From positions 16,753-80,752 of the forward strand of contig JABJBS010000383.1 in assembly GCA_018668695.1 (NCBI GenBank): DNA of 64,000 nt, written 5' to 3'. Position 1 is the stretch's first letter. The number at the start of each line of letters is the position of its first letter. The notes beneath the pieces were generated by a model. The model was not told the origin of the DNA. It ran no database searches and saw only the letters and a program-made list of their open reading frames with translations. Source of the DNA: Deltaproteobacteria bacterium (GTDB lineage Bacteria; Myxococcota; XYA12-FULL-58-9; JABJBS01). Both the position numbers and the translations under genes were made by a program. Positions 18,239-28,600 of the stretch are shown here, piece after piece.

Positions 18239-19543
18239 GTGGCTGGTGAACTTTCAATCGATCTCAACCTAACAGGAATCAGTATTCATACTGCTCCTAT
18301 TGGTGTGCTTGAGCGCTGCGCATTAAGCGCTGATGAGATCAAAGAAGTATACAAGCGTTTGCTGGCCCATGATGAAGTACAAGATGCTCTGATTCTATCC
18401 ACCTGCAATCGAACTGAAGTCTATACCACGATCGAGTCGGGTTTGGCGGGAGGCCCGTTGGTGGGCAATGTCTTACGAGCGGTAACCGGCGAGAATCGGT
18501 ACCCGGCAACTGGTCACATCTATGAGAAGCAAGGTCGTTCTGGGATTGAGCACCTTTTTAGGGTGGCCTGTGGTTTAGACTCCCAAGTACTTGGCGAGGC
18601 ACAGATTCTTGGGCAGCTTAAGGCAGCCTGGGAGTCCCTAGGCGCTGTCTTCAGCCCGTCCACTTATTTCAACAAGCTCGTTCAAGGAGCTTTTCGTGTA
18701 GCCAGTCAAAGCCGAACCGACACAGCGATTGGTACGGGCGCAGTTTCGGTGGCCTCAGCCGGTGTCCATTTAACAAGTCGAATTTTCTCAGACTTTTCAC
18801 AGCTTAATGTTTTGGTCGTTGGCGCCGGTGAAACGTCGAAACTCGTAACTCAGCATCTTATGTCTCATAACCCCAAGTCATTAACGATTGTGAATCGAAA
18901 CGGAGCGCGAGCCCATGAGCTCGCTGGGAGCTTTGGGGGAGTGGGCTTTGGTCTTGAGCAGTTGGAACAGGCACTCGGCAAGGCAGATATTGTTGCTTCA
19001 GCTGTGAGCGTAACAGAACCATTGATTACGACTGGGATGGTAGCACGGGCTTTTGAGGGCCGCGGGCGGCGCAGTTTAGCGGTTCTTGATCTCGGTTTGC
19101 CTCGCAACGTGGAGAGCACTACAGGGGACCTGGCCAATGTTTTCGTTCAAGATATCGAGAGCCTCGGGCGCGTGGTGGACGCCAATTTAAGTCGGCGCCG
19201 CAAAGAGGTTCCGAGAGTTGAAGCGCTGATTGATGATGAGATCACAAAGCTTATTGAGTGGAGAAGATCGCTGCGTGCAGTTCCGGTGATCACTGCACTC
19301 AAGACCCAAGTAGAAGCTTTTCGACAAGCCGAGGTGGTTCGAGCGACTAAGGGATTGAGTGAAGCTGAAAAGCAAGCCGTGGAAATAGCGACTCGAGCAG
19401 TCACAAATAAAATCCTCCACGGCCCAATGACCGCAATTCGTGAATACGGTAAGCAAGCGGAGCAGGAAGCTGAAGCTTTGAATGTGATCAAAAAGCTTTT
19501 CTTGAATATAGACGAGCCTAACTCAGACGACGAAGATTTATGA
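18239..19543 (+). CDS. hemA: glutamyl-tRNA reductase
   Basis: LILSTCNRTEVY (active-site Cys), GEAQILGQLK, and NADPH Rossmann VLVVGAGETSKLV. Full-length HemA architecture with a C-terminal dimerisation helix. Confidence 0.9.
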   Translation: MAGELSIDLNLTGISIHTAPIGVLERCALSADEIKEVYKRLLAHDEVQDALILSTCNRTEVYTTIESGLAGGPLVGNVLRAVTGENRYPATGHIYEKQGRSGIEHLFRVACGLDSQVLGEAQILGQLKAAWESLGAVFSPSTYFNKLVQGAFRVASQSRTDTAIGTGAVSVASAGVHLTSRIFSDFSQLNVLVVGAGETSKLVTQHLMSHNPKSLTIVNRNGARAHELAGSFGGVGFGLEQLEQALGKADIVASAVSVTEPLITTGMVARAFEGRGRRSLAVLDLGLPRNVESTTGDLANVFVQDIESLGRVVDANLSRRRKEVPRVEALIDDEITKLIEWRRSLRAVPVITALKTQVEAFRQAEVVRATKGLSEAEKQAVEIATRAVTNKILHGPMTAIREYGKQAEQEAEALNVIKKLFLNIDEPNSDDEDL

Positions 19544-19888
19544 ACCAGCTTTCGTCACGACAACCTTTTTAAAAAACCTAACAATATCAGACGATTCGTA
19601 GAGTGGTTTACCGTTGATGATCAAACAAGGGACCTGAGGTTTACCGCCCAGCTTGATCAATCTCTTACGGGCCCCAGGATCGCGCCGTGTGTCTTGAAGC
19701 ACCAAGGGGATACTCAGGCTGTTTACCGCCTCAAGTACCCGGTGACAATAAAAGCAAGTGTCTGATTTATAAAGGATTAATTCGAGTTCCTCGCCTTTTG
19801 CGGTTTGGGCTTGGAACTGTTGGAAGAGCTTTTTGGGCGTATTCGAAGTCATGCTTGCAACATTGGTGGTAAAGGTGGGGTTCGGCAA
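19538..19888 (-). CDS. glutaredoxin-like protein
   Basis: CFYC redox motif in ILYKSDTCFYCHRVLEAV, with the downstream thioredoxin-fold pattern (GGKPQVPCLIINGKPLYESSDI). Confidence 0.6.
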   Translation of the reverse strand: MPNPTFTTNVASMTSNTPKKLFQQFQAQTAKGEELELILYKSDTCFYCHRVLEAVNSLSIPLVLQDTRRDPGARKRLIKLGGKPQVPCLIINGKPLYESSDIVRFFKKVVVTKAGS

Positions 19889-20060
19889 GGGTTATATGGT
19901 ATTTCTTAACCTTTAATGAATGGGTTGACGCCGTGGGGTCGCCTCCCTATAAGCCACGTGGCAGCCATGGGCTCCTCAAGGTTTGTGAGCCTGACGAAGC
20001 GCCTGATATGTAATAAATGGCTTTTAATTCAACTGTTTCGAGCTTGTTTGAGAGAAAAGT

Positions 20061-20969
20061 GTGAAAACACAAGAGGGTTCAACCATATTGGACGAAGTGA
20101 AGGTGGCTCCTCCGCTTTGGGCACAGTTCAAAGATTTGATGTCGCTGGCTAAACCGCGGCTGTCTTTGTTTGTGATCTTGACTGCTGTGGGCGGGATCTC
20201 CTTTGCCCCGGGTAGTCATCCTCCGCTTAAATCTCTCATCGCAATTCTTTGCACTTCGCTCATCGTGGGTGGAGCAAACGCTCTAAACTGCTTTTTCGAA
20301 CGCGACAAAGATGGCCAGATGCGGCGGACAATGACCCGCCCCTTTCCATCCGGAAGACTACCTCTGTTTTGGCCCATGCTTTTTTGGCTCACGGTGGTTT
20401 TGGTCTCCTTGCCTCTTTTGGCTTGGTCGGCAAACCTTCTTACGGCAGGGATTGGCCTGGGTGCACTGGTCACCTATGCATTCATTTACACGCCTCTTAA
20501 GTACAAAACGCCTCAGGCTTTATATGTCGGTGCAATTCCAGGAGCGGCCCCGCCCCTTATGGGTTGGACCACAGTGACCAATTCTTTGGATTTAGGCGGA
20601 CTTTCTTTGTTCGCCGTACTCTTTTTTTGGCAACTTCCGCATTTTCTCGCCATAAGCCTCTACTTAAAAGAGGATTACGGTCGGGCCGGTATGCAATTGT
20701 ACTCCATTGTATATGGGGAACGCCGTACCCGGATCGCGATTGTGGTGACATCGGTTCTTTTAGTGCCAGCCACTCTCAGTCTTGTTCCTCTTGGGCTCGC
20801 AAATATGTTCTACGGGGCGTGTGCGTTGGCTCTAGGTGCGGCTTTGGTTGTTTACGCCCTTAAGGGGTTTCGACCGGGAGCAGGGAACAAGTGGGCGAGA
20901 AGTATGTTCTTGGCCACACTTATTTATATTCCTTTGCTTTTCGGCGCGATGGTAGCTGGAGCAGTTTAA
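20061..20969 (+). CDS. ctaB: protoheme IX farnesyltransferase (heme O synthase)
   Basis: UbiA-family polytopic membrane protein. NALNCFFERDKDGQMRRTMTRPFPSGRL matches the heme O synthase N..x.D...D..M.RT..RP motif. Second Asp-rich region around FFWQLPHF. Confidence 0.8.
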   Translation: MKTQEGSTILDEVKVAPPLWAQFKDLMSLAKPRLSLFVILTAVGGISFAPGSHPPLKSLIAILCTSLIVGGANALNCFFERDKDGQMRRTMTRPFPSGRLPLFWPMLFWLTVVLVSLPLLAWSANLLTAGIGLGALVTYAFIYTPLKYKTPQALYVGAIPGAAPPLMGWTTVTNSLDLGGLSLFAVLFFWQLPHFLAISLYLKEDYGRAGMQLYSIVYGERRTRIAIVVTSVLLVPATLSLVPLGLANMFYGACALALGAALVVYALKGFRPGAGNKWARSMFLATLIYIPLLFGAMVAGAV

Positions 20970-20973
20970 ATCA

Positions 20974-21969
20974 GTGGCAGTACATCTTGCTATGACGGAT
21001 TTGGAAAACAATTTTTCCGAAGCATCCGATTCGCCTCTTCCCAGATTGGCGGTGCGTGGGTTTTCGCTCATGCTAGACAACCGCGTGGTTTTGGACGACC
21101 TCTACTTTGAGGTGGCCAAAGGCGAGGTGCTCGGCATCTTAGGCCCCAATGGCTGCGGCAAATCGACTTTACTCAAATGCATGACCGGTCTCTGGAAGCC
21201 AGATCGCGGAACGCTCTGGCTTGACGGAGCTGCTCTCGACGATACCGCGCGTAAGCTGCGAGCAGTTATGGGCGTTGTGTTTCAGGAACCCAGTTTGGAC
21301 AACGAGCTGAGCGCTGCCGGGAACTTAAAGCTGGCGGGTGCTCTCTTTGGTTTAACCAGTTCTGAAACAACCCAGCGGATTGAAGATCTTCTGGGTTTTA
21401 TGGAGCTTTCAGGCAGAGCCAAAGACAAGACCTCCACTTTCTCCGGAGGAATGCGAAGGCGCCTCGAGCTTGCGCGCTCTTTGATTCATAATCCTGAGAT
21501 TCTTTTGCTCGACGAACCAACCGCTGGCTTAGACCCCGTTTCAGTTCAGCGAACTTGGCAGCGTATCTTGGCTTTGCGTGATTTTAGAGATCTCTCCGTG
21601 TTGGTAACCACACATCGAGCCGAAGAGGCAGCCAGCTGTGACCGGCTTGTGGTCATGGACCGAGGCCATGTGATTTGCACAGAGACTCCCGACCGACTGA
21701 TGAGCAATGTTGCGGGCGATGTGATTTCGATGAATGTTGATGAACCCGAAGCAATGCTCGAAGGGTTGAAGTCGGTATTCGGTGCGAATGCCCGGATTGT
21801 TGATGGGGCAGTTGAGTGGGAGAGACCCGAGGCTCATGCTTGGGTACCACGTATTGTAGAATCGTTTGAAACCCGTATTTTTAATTCTATTACGGTTCGC
21901 AAGCCTACGTTGGCCGACGCTTTTTATCACCTAACGGGCCACGGTTTGACCGCCGAGGATGAACTATGA
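20974..21969 (+). CDS. ABC transporter ATP-binding protein
   Basis: Walker A GPNGCGKSTLLK, ABC signature LSGGMRRRLELARSL, Walker B LLLDEPTAGLD. C-terminal extension of ~100 aa. Confidence 0.85.
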   Translation: MAVHLAMTDLENNFSEASDSPLPRLAVRGFSLMLDNRVVLDDLYFEVAKGEVLGILGPNGCGKSTLLKCMTGLWKPDRGTLWLDGAALDDTARKLRAVMGVVFQEPSLDNELSAAGNLKLAGALFGLTSSETTQRIEDLLGFMELSGRAKDKTSTFSGGMRRRLELARSLIHNPEILLLDEPTAGLDPVSVQRTWQRILALRDFRDLSVLVTTHRAEEAASCDRLVVMDRGHVICTETPDRLMSNVAGDVISMNVDEPEAMLEGLKSVFGANARIVDGAVEWERPEAHAWVPRIVESFETRIFNSITVRKPTLADAFYHLTGHGLTAEDEL

Positions 21970-22751
21970 CCGGGCTAAAATACGATTTAAGTACGATTTA
22001 CGTTTTGTGGCGCCGCGACCTCATGCGCTTTTTTACCCAGCCAGCTCGGTTGGTAGGGGCATTGCTGCAGCCACTTATCCTTTGGCTCATTTTGGGATCG
22101 GGTCTAACACCGACCTTTGAATTGCCGGGAATTGAAATTGCTTACCTGGAGTATTTTTTCCCTGGTGTGGTGATGATGGTCTTGGTGCTCTCATCTATTT
22201 TCTCTACGCTCAGTATTATTGAAGACCGTTCTCAGGGCTTTATCCAAATGGTTTTGGCAGGTCCGGGCTCTCGGTCAGCTTTGGTCATTGGTAAATGCTT
22301 GGGTTCAACAAGTGTGGCTTTGATTCAGGTGGCCTTCTTTATCTTGTTGGCTCCAGCGGCTGGTATCTCACTGGGCAATATTGCTTGGCCTTTGCTTTTA
22401 TCAACGATGATGTTGATGAGCTTGGGTCTCACGGCGTTTGGTTTTTTTGTTGCTTGGTTGGTGAACAATTCAAATGGTTACCATGCAGTTCAAATGACGC
22501 TTCTGGTGCCGTTATGGGTTTTGAGCGGAGCGATGTTCCCACCCCACGCCGAAGGCTCGGTTTTGGGATTTTTAATGGGTCTCAATCCCATAGCTTATGG
22601 GATGACCGGTCTTCGTCACGCATTTTATGAAGGCAGTGCGCCGATAAGCACGATACTTAACTTGACCCCGGAGGCTGCTTTGATGGCAGTGTCCGCGTTT
22701 GCTTTGTGTGCTTTGGTGATGGCGATGCTCTGTTGCGAGCAGCGCCGCTAG
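21966..22751 (+). CDS. ABC-2 family transporter permease
   Basis: Six predicted TM helices. ATGA overlap with the upstream ATPase gene. Confidence 0.7.
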   Translation: MTGLKYDLSTIYVLWRRDLMRFFTQPARLVGALLQPLILWLILGSGLTPTFELPGIEIAYLEYFFPGVVMMVLVLSSIFSTLSIIEDRSQGFIQMVLAGPGSRSALVIGKCLGSTSVALIQVAFFILLAPAAGISLGNIAWPLLLSTMMLMSLGLTAFGFFVAWLVNNSNGYHAVQMTLLVPLWVLSGAMFPPHAEGSVLGFLMGLNPIAYGMTGLRHAFYEGSAPISTILNLTPEAALMAVSAFALCALVMAMLCCEQRR

Positions 22752-22758
22752 CTAAAAG

Positions 22759-23145
22759 CTAGTCTTCGTCGCGCGGCTTTAGCCCGATGTGGCTGTCAAA
22801 CTCATCTTCAACAGTATTTGGGTCTTCAGCATTGAACCGAATCAAGTTACGGAGGTGCTCGAGATCATCAAGTGGAACACCGGTGAACTCAATGGCCATG
22901 CCGCCCTCGTTTTGACGCGTCACTTTTCCTACCACTTCCAGGCGAATATCCCGGCCATCTAGAAAAAGCGCGATAGTACATTCAGTACCGATCGGTAACT
23001 TCCCAGTGCTTGGAATGTAGACGCCGTTAAGACTTAAGTCTTCGGCTACGCCATTGATAGAAGCTTTGTCGTCGGCACTTATTTCGGCATCGAGCTGGAT
23101 TCGAACGCGAGTGAACTCACGCCGATTTTCTCCATTTTCACTCAT
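22759..23145 (-). CDS. PilZ domain (c-di-GMP binding) protein
   Basis: RREFTRVR (RxxxR) and DLSLNGVYIP (DxSxxG) PilZ signature pair. Start taken at the internal Met (MSENGEN) rather than the track start at 23193. Confidence 0.7.
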   Translation of the reverse strand: MSENGENRREFTRVRIQLDAEISADDKASINGVAEDLSLNGVYIPSTGKLPIGTECTIALFLDGRDIRLEVVGKVTRQNEGGMAIEFTGVPLDDLEHLRNLIRFNAEDPNTVEDEFDSHIGLKPRDED

Positions 23146-23289
23146 TTTCGAACTCCCCAAACCAGATAATTGGACTAGACCACAATCAACCACATCCCCA
23201 GCCGTGGGTCCAGCTTCTGGTGCAGTTCTACCCTATTCTGGCCCTTCGTGCGTTCTTTCTCAAGTCACGAATCACTCGGTCGGAAATTC

Positions 23290-23370
23290 TTGCATTTTGG
23301 TAAAAGTATGCAAAAATTGCATAGACAACTGACTTCTTTGCATACTTGCCGAAAATTATCGTTCGGCAAG
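23290..23370. promoter_or_regulatory. pair of perfect 9-bp inverted repeats plus repeated TTGCAT motifs upstream of the minor-pilin operon
   Basis: GTATGCAAA (~23306-23314) and TTTGCATAC (~23337-23345) are separated by 22 bp. CTTGCCGAA (~23345-23353) and TTCGGCAAG (~23362-23370) are separated by 8 bp. TTGCAT occurs three times. Confidence 0.4.
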
Positions 23371-23389
23371 ATTTCATACTAGCCTGCAC

Positions 23390-23947
23390 TTGTTAGGTTT
23401 TTTAGCAGCCGACAATGGCACGACTTCTGAAACGGTAAGTATTGTGAGCAACCCAACCAAATCTCGACTTAGAGTCGCCCGCGGGCCTGATGAGCGGGGA
23501 TTTACCCTCATTGAGGTCACCGTTGCGCTTGTGATTTTCACACTGGCAGTTTTGATCGCAGCCAGAATGCAAGGCAATGCCGTGCGCAGCTTAAAGCGAA
23601 CCGGTGAGACTTCCATGGCGATGAACCTAGCGGCATCGACACTTGAGAGTTTACGCGTTGAGATGGCTTTTGATGACATCGATGGGACGGGCCCCAATGT
23701 TTATTACGACCGATTTGGCTATGGCTTTCTAAATACCGGCTTGGCGAACCCCGCTCCATTAAACGCCGCGAATTCAAAGTACATGGTCCGGTGGAGTGCG
23801 GAGAGCCGTGATTATTACGTTGATGTTAATGTAGCCGTTTATTGGAACGCCGGCGGTGTTGGCGCTCCCGTGGTCCCCAGTGAAGCGAAGTACAAGGTGC
23901 GAACTGTGAATACGAGAATCGTGAACCGGGAAGTGTTCAGACGATGA
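23390..23947 (+). CDS. type IV pilus minor pilin (PilV/FimU-like), prepilin-type N-terminus
   Basis: DERG|FTLIEVTVALVIFTLAVL is a class III signal / N-methylation motif. The track start gives a 37-aa leader, so the true start is probably downstream (in-frame GTG near 23444). ATGA overlap with the next gene. Confidence 0.65.
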   Translation: MLGFLAADNGTTSETVSIVSNPTKSRLRVARGPDERGFTLIEVTVALVIFTLAVLIAARMQGNAVRSLKRTGETSMAMNLAASTLESLRVEMAFDDIDGTGPNVYYDRFGYGFLNTGLANPAPLNAANSKYMVRWSAESRDYYVDVNVAVYWNAGGVGAPVVPSEAKYKVRTVNTRIVNREVFRR

Positions 23948-25068
23948 AAAGAACACTGAGATCAAGAGAGCGCGGCGTTACATTGATTGAACTCGCGATA
24001 ACCACTGTGGTTGCTAGCCTTACGATGAGTGCCATTGCACTGACTTCGTTCAACTGGCACCGGTTTTACAATCGCCAGCTTGATGCAGCTGAAGGCCAGC
24101 AAAATGCGCGGGTCTCGCTAAGCGTTTTCAAAGATTACGTCACCCGAGCCGGTTATGGTTTCGTGGCACATACCGACCTGCAAGGCCTCTTGCCCATCGG
24201 AGGATGCTTTAACGATTCAGGTATGGATAGCCTTGACTGCAATGGGGTTGATGGCGGCGCCGACAGGCTGCGCGTTTACTACGGTGATTCTGACGGCATG
24301 GTTCGAACCCGTGAGGGCGATACGAGCACAGGAACCGGTATGGATGGTATCCCGATTGCGGATCAAACCATTTGGGATTCAGACCCTCACGACGGGGTAG
24401 ACGTTCAGGGTAAATACGCGTTTATATCTGGTCAGTGTGATTCAGCCGATGGAACTTATGGATCGGATGTTGTTCGAATCACCGGCGACTCTCCAGGAAA
24501 CCGAAACGCTTTTCACAATTACGATTTTGAGAATATTAATACCGGTGGTCCGGAGTTTTTAGGCTGCCCCGATGGATACCTTGCCTTTAATTTTGGGCTG
24601 GTGAGCATCGCTGATTTTTATCTCGACCAAAGCAACGACAAACACCCCGTACTTAAATTAAGGATCAATGATCCCAACGGCGACTGGGAAGAAGCTATGG
24701 CGCTATCAACCGACATCGACACTATTCAGATTGAATACGGCGTCGATGACGGTCTCAATGGAGGCGATTCAAGCGAGACGCGGCCTGATGGACTGGTCGA
24801 TTTTTGGTGCGATGATCCCCGTGGTGATGGTGACTGCAGTTCACCGGGTCTTTCGGATCGTGAATTACAGGCTCGTATCGTGGCCATTCGAATCGCCATT
24901 GTGGCGCGTACGAGGCAGTACCGACAGGATTTAAACCGTTTGGGTGACCACCGGCTTTTTGTCCAAGATCACATGATCCCGGACCGCAGCGATGGCTATA
25001 ACCGGTACGTGTATCGATCGACTGTATCGATGAGAAATAACGACATTATTTTGAAAGATGGAACATGA
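23944..25068 (+). CDS. pilW: type IV pilus minor pilin PilW-like
   Basis: MKRTLRSRERG|VTLIELAITTVVASLTMSA prepilin N-terminus. Size and position fit PilW. Confidence 0.6.
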   Translation: MKRTLRSRERGVTLIELAITTVVASLTMSAIALTSFNWHRFYNRQLDAAEGQQNARVSLSVFKDYVTRAGYGFVAHTDLQGLLPIGGCFNDSGMDSLDCNGVDGGADRLRVYYGDSDGMVRTREGDTSTGTGMDGIPIADQTIWDSDPHDGVDVQGKYAFISGQCDSADGTYGSDVVRITGDSPGNRNAFHNYDFENINTGGPEFLGCPDGYLAFNFGLVSIADFYLDQSNDKHPVLKLRINDPNGDWEEAMALSTDIDTIQIEYGVDDGLNGGDSSETRPDGLVDFWCDDPRGDGDCSSPGLSDRELQARIVAIRIAIVARTRQYRQDLNRLGDHRLFVQDHMIPDRSDGYNRYVYRSTVSMRNNDIILKDGT

Positions 25069-25616
25069 ACCGCTCCATAAAAAAAGGTGAACGTGGTTGG
25101 ATCCTCATTGTCTCAATGGCCATGACCATTGTTATCACATTTATGGGGATGCTTGTTTTGCAAAGTGCGTCGGTTGACGCTCGGCTTGCGGGCGCGGAAA
25201 GAAACTCTGAGACGGCTCGTTATATTGCTGAAGCAGGGATTGCCTGGGCCGTTGAAAAGCTCAACACCGAGCCAGGACTTATTTCTGGCTCTAATCTTCG
25301 AATCAATACGCTGCTTACCTACAGCACCTATGAATCCTTAGGGGATGATTCGCTTTGTACAGCTGCACAAATTACGCAAAACGAAAATTGTTATCCCAAT
25401 GAGCTGGCGCAGTGGGGCCGGCTTCACCCAGACCAAACGAGTATCGCTTACAACGGCGGCCATTTTCGAGTGGGTGTGCGTGACGATAATGACGACAATA
25501 ACTATTTAGAAGATTCGAACGAGCAATTTTTTATCAGGGCCTATGGCGTGAGTATTCGCGGCGCACGCTCTGTGGTTGAAATTCTCGTATCTCAAAGTGC
25601 AGAGAGTAATTTCTAA
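25065..25616 (+). CDS. pilX: PilX-like minor pilin / pilus assembly protein
   Basis: GERGWILIVSMAMTIVITFMGMLVLQSASVDARLAGAE matches the PilX N-terminal domain (hydrophobic helix followed by ...RLAGN/E). Confidence 0.6.
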   Translation: MNRSIKKGERGWILIVSMAMTIVITFMGMLVLQSASVDARLAGAERNSETARYIAEAGIAWAVEKLNTEPGLISGSNLRINTLLTYSTYESLGDDSLCTAAQITQNENCYPNELAQWGRLHPDQTSIAYNGGHFRVGVRDDNDDNNYLEDSNEQFFIRAYGVSIRGARSVVEILVSQSAESNF

Positions 25617-28600
25617 TGAAATATTTTATTCACCTTGGGCTATTACTCGTTTTGGTCGGTACCGGCGCAACCGTTTGGGCTGATGCAGAAGCTATTTTGT
25701 TAGCGCCACGAACCTTTTCTGAATATTTTACCGACGACTTGTTGGAGGACACGACTGAGGCCGGTAATGGTGAACCTTGCTCCGAACTCGGCTGTGCCCG
25801 TTCATATGGTTGGGGTAAAGGTTATGTGACTCATGCACGTGTTGGCTTTGCGGTACGAGAAGGTAATTACACGCGTATGCCTCAAGCCAGGCCTCCAGCG
25901 CCTGCACCTCTTCCTCCCAGTATTAAGCCCACGCAGGTTGTGGCGGGTCACTTTCGGACCAACTCAAACGGCGGAACGCCTCAGGTGCCTCAAGATGTGA
26001 TCGCGCTAACTGCCAGCAGCGGCGGTTGCCACTTGCACTATATGATGAATAAGGGTCCCGACGATTCTGGTGAAAACCATCTAGGTTGGAACGTCGGGGT
26101 TTTGGTCCCCAGTAACACCTGGACCACCGGGCACTTTGTTTCAGGTCAAGCTAACGGTGCAGACAACTGGTGGTTGGATGTTGACGGGCAGACTGGTGGC
26201 GGCGATGGGATCAATGATCCAGGGGCGGATTGCCAGGCTGATGAGAACAACGACCTCTCGGCGGACAATCAATACGGGACAGCACTTTTTGCCGGTGACT
26301 TTGACAGCGACGGATGGACGGATGTGCTTTATTTACGTGCGGCAGACCGCAACCGAGCAGGCTTTCTAGATTTGGCATACATGTTTTGGAATACGGGTGT
26401 ACTGAATGCCCAAGGTGTGCCGGTTTTTCAGCGGGCTAAATTAGCCAGCAACACACCTCTCTACGAGAAGGGCGTCGCTTGGCACTTTTCCTCTGATATT
26501 GGGGAAGTCGTAGACATGGACAATGATGGTCGCTCGGATTTGGTACTCGCATCAAGCTCAGGATCATCTCACAGAATCATCGTCTTTAGGCAGCAGGGCT
26601 CGCCCAATCGCAGCGACCCATTTCGCAACGGCGAGGTTGTAATCGTCGACCAGGCTATTGGTCCGGCGGCAGACAGCAATAACCCTGCTCGAACAAATTT
26701 TGGGTGTTTGGCTAACGATGGCCCCACACGGGGTATCACTGCGTTAACGGTGGCTGATTTTAGTGGTGATGGCCAAAAAGATATTATCATTGGCTCAATG
26801 AGCGAACAGTATATGTTCTACTATTTTAAAACCGGCCCGGCTAATACGGCCTACGAGTCCACCACAATTTTGAATCCCCGCGGAGGCGTAACCGGTCTTC
26901 ATAAAGGGAATTGGAACCTAGAAGGCGGCGAAGACATCCTGCTAACCCGTTCAGGAAAGGGTTGTTACGGAGACCTCTATCCGGAAGCCAACTTGTGGCT
27001 ACTTGAAAACCAAGAAGCCGATCTGGAACGCGCGCGCTTTAATTTCGACTACGATGCCCCACTTGCGTCTATGAGCAACCACATCCACTACGCAACGCCT
27101 CTAGACTTAGATCATGATGAAGACGGTTATCTCGACTTTATGATGGGCACCAATCAAACTTGGGGCAGCTATTATTATTACGTTCATAATATTTGGAAGG
27201 GTCTCTACAACGCAGATGCTGTGATCATGTCCAAGCGTATGGATAATCTCAATTCACGCGAAGAGGCGATTGTACGAGCAACTTTTTCGGGAGTGATTGC
27301 TGAGGACTATGACGACACGACGATGGACGTTGAGTTTTACTTAAGTAACAACGGCCAAGATTGGGACTTATTGCCCCTCGATGAATTACCGCCCTCAGTA
27401 GGTGGTACCGGCCCCAATCCTCACATTTTTACAACCTTCGGTACGGATCTGCGATGGGCGATTGTTTCTAAAGCCCAAGCGGTTGCGACGGTGGGTGACG
27501 CGGAAAACGCAGCTCTGAATCAAACGGATAAGGTCGCTAAAGTCGTCCCCAAATTCAGTGGGATTCAAATAGCGGTCAATGGCATTGGCGCGGAGTATTA
27601 TTCAAGATCTGGGCTCTCTCAAAAACTCGGCACAGACGAGCGTATTATTTATTCTGCATCTTTTCGATACCCCGGTAACGAAGGCTTTTTACGAGCGTAT
27701 GATTTAACCGATGTTGGAGTGGGTCAGGCTCAAAGTGGTGTGAACCCCGGACCGAACCCTCATTTGTCTTTGATGTGGGAGGCTGGAGCTTTGTTGAAAG
27801 ACCGAGCAAGCACAAGCAGAAGAATTCTAACCTATGAGGTTAATGACTCGGGCGATGTTGGATCTTTGGTCGAGTTGTCGGAAGGGACCCCAGATCTTGC
27901 CAATATGTTGGGATTCACTGAGAACGACGATGCGGTCTCGCTTTTTCAATTTGTTCGCGATGGCCTCGACCACCCAGATGGCTGGAAGTTTTATGACGTG
28001 GGGCACTCCTCGCCCGTGTATGTTGGGGCGCCGACCGGCCCGGCTGAGTATGGCGCATATTCGGTGAATAACTACGAGGCCTTTCAAGAAGCCGAGGTAA
28101 GCCGAAATGGTGTGGTTTACATCGGTTCCAATGGCGGCGGACTGCATGCTTTCGATGCAGATACAGGTCATGAGAAATGGATGTTCATTCCAAACAACTT
28201 GCTGAGCAAGCTTAAAGATCTCAGAGACGATTCAAACAACTACCGTGCCGATTACATCATGGATGGACCGATTGTGATTCAGGATGTCTACCAGGAATCT
28301 TTGGGGAAGTGGCGAACCGTGTTGTTAGCCGGTCAAGCCAAGGGCGTTGGTGGCGACGGGTTCAACTATTATTTTGCATTAGATATTACCGATCCTGGAA
28401 CTGACCCGATACCATTATGGGAATACAGCGATACGACAGACAATGAAGGTGACGTTTGCTCAGGTAATCCACAATACGAAACAGAAGAGTGTCAACCCGG
28501 CGCATGCGATGACGGATGCTCTCAAGACGGACGCGTTTATGCGCAACAAGACAGCGAAACTTACGGCGAGATGGTGGTTCTAGACGCAGCATACGCCGAT

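Noticed and set aside
23291-23325. Possible sigma-54 promoter (TGGtaaaagtaTGCA) upstream of the pilin operon
   Set aside because: GG and GC are separated by 9 rather than 10 nt, and the -12 element is not TTGC. They are kept only as inverted-repeat regulatory motifs.
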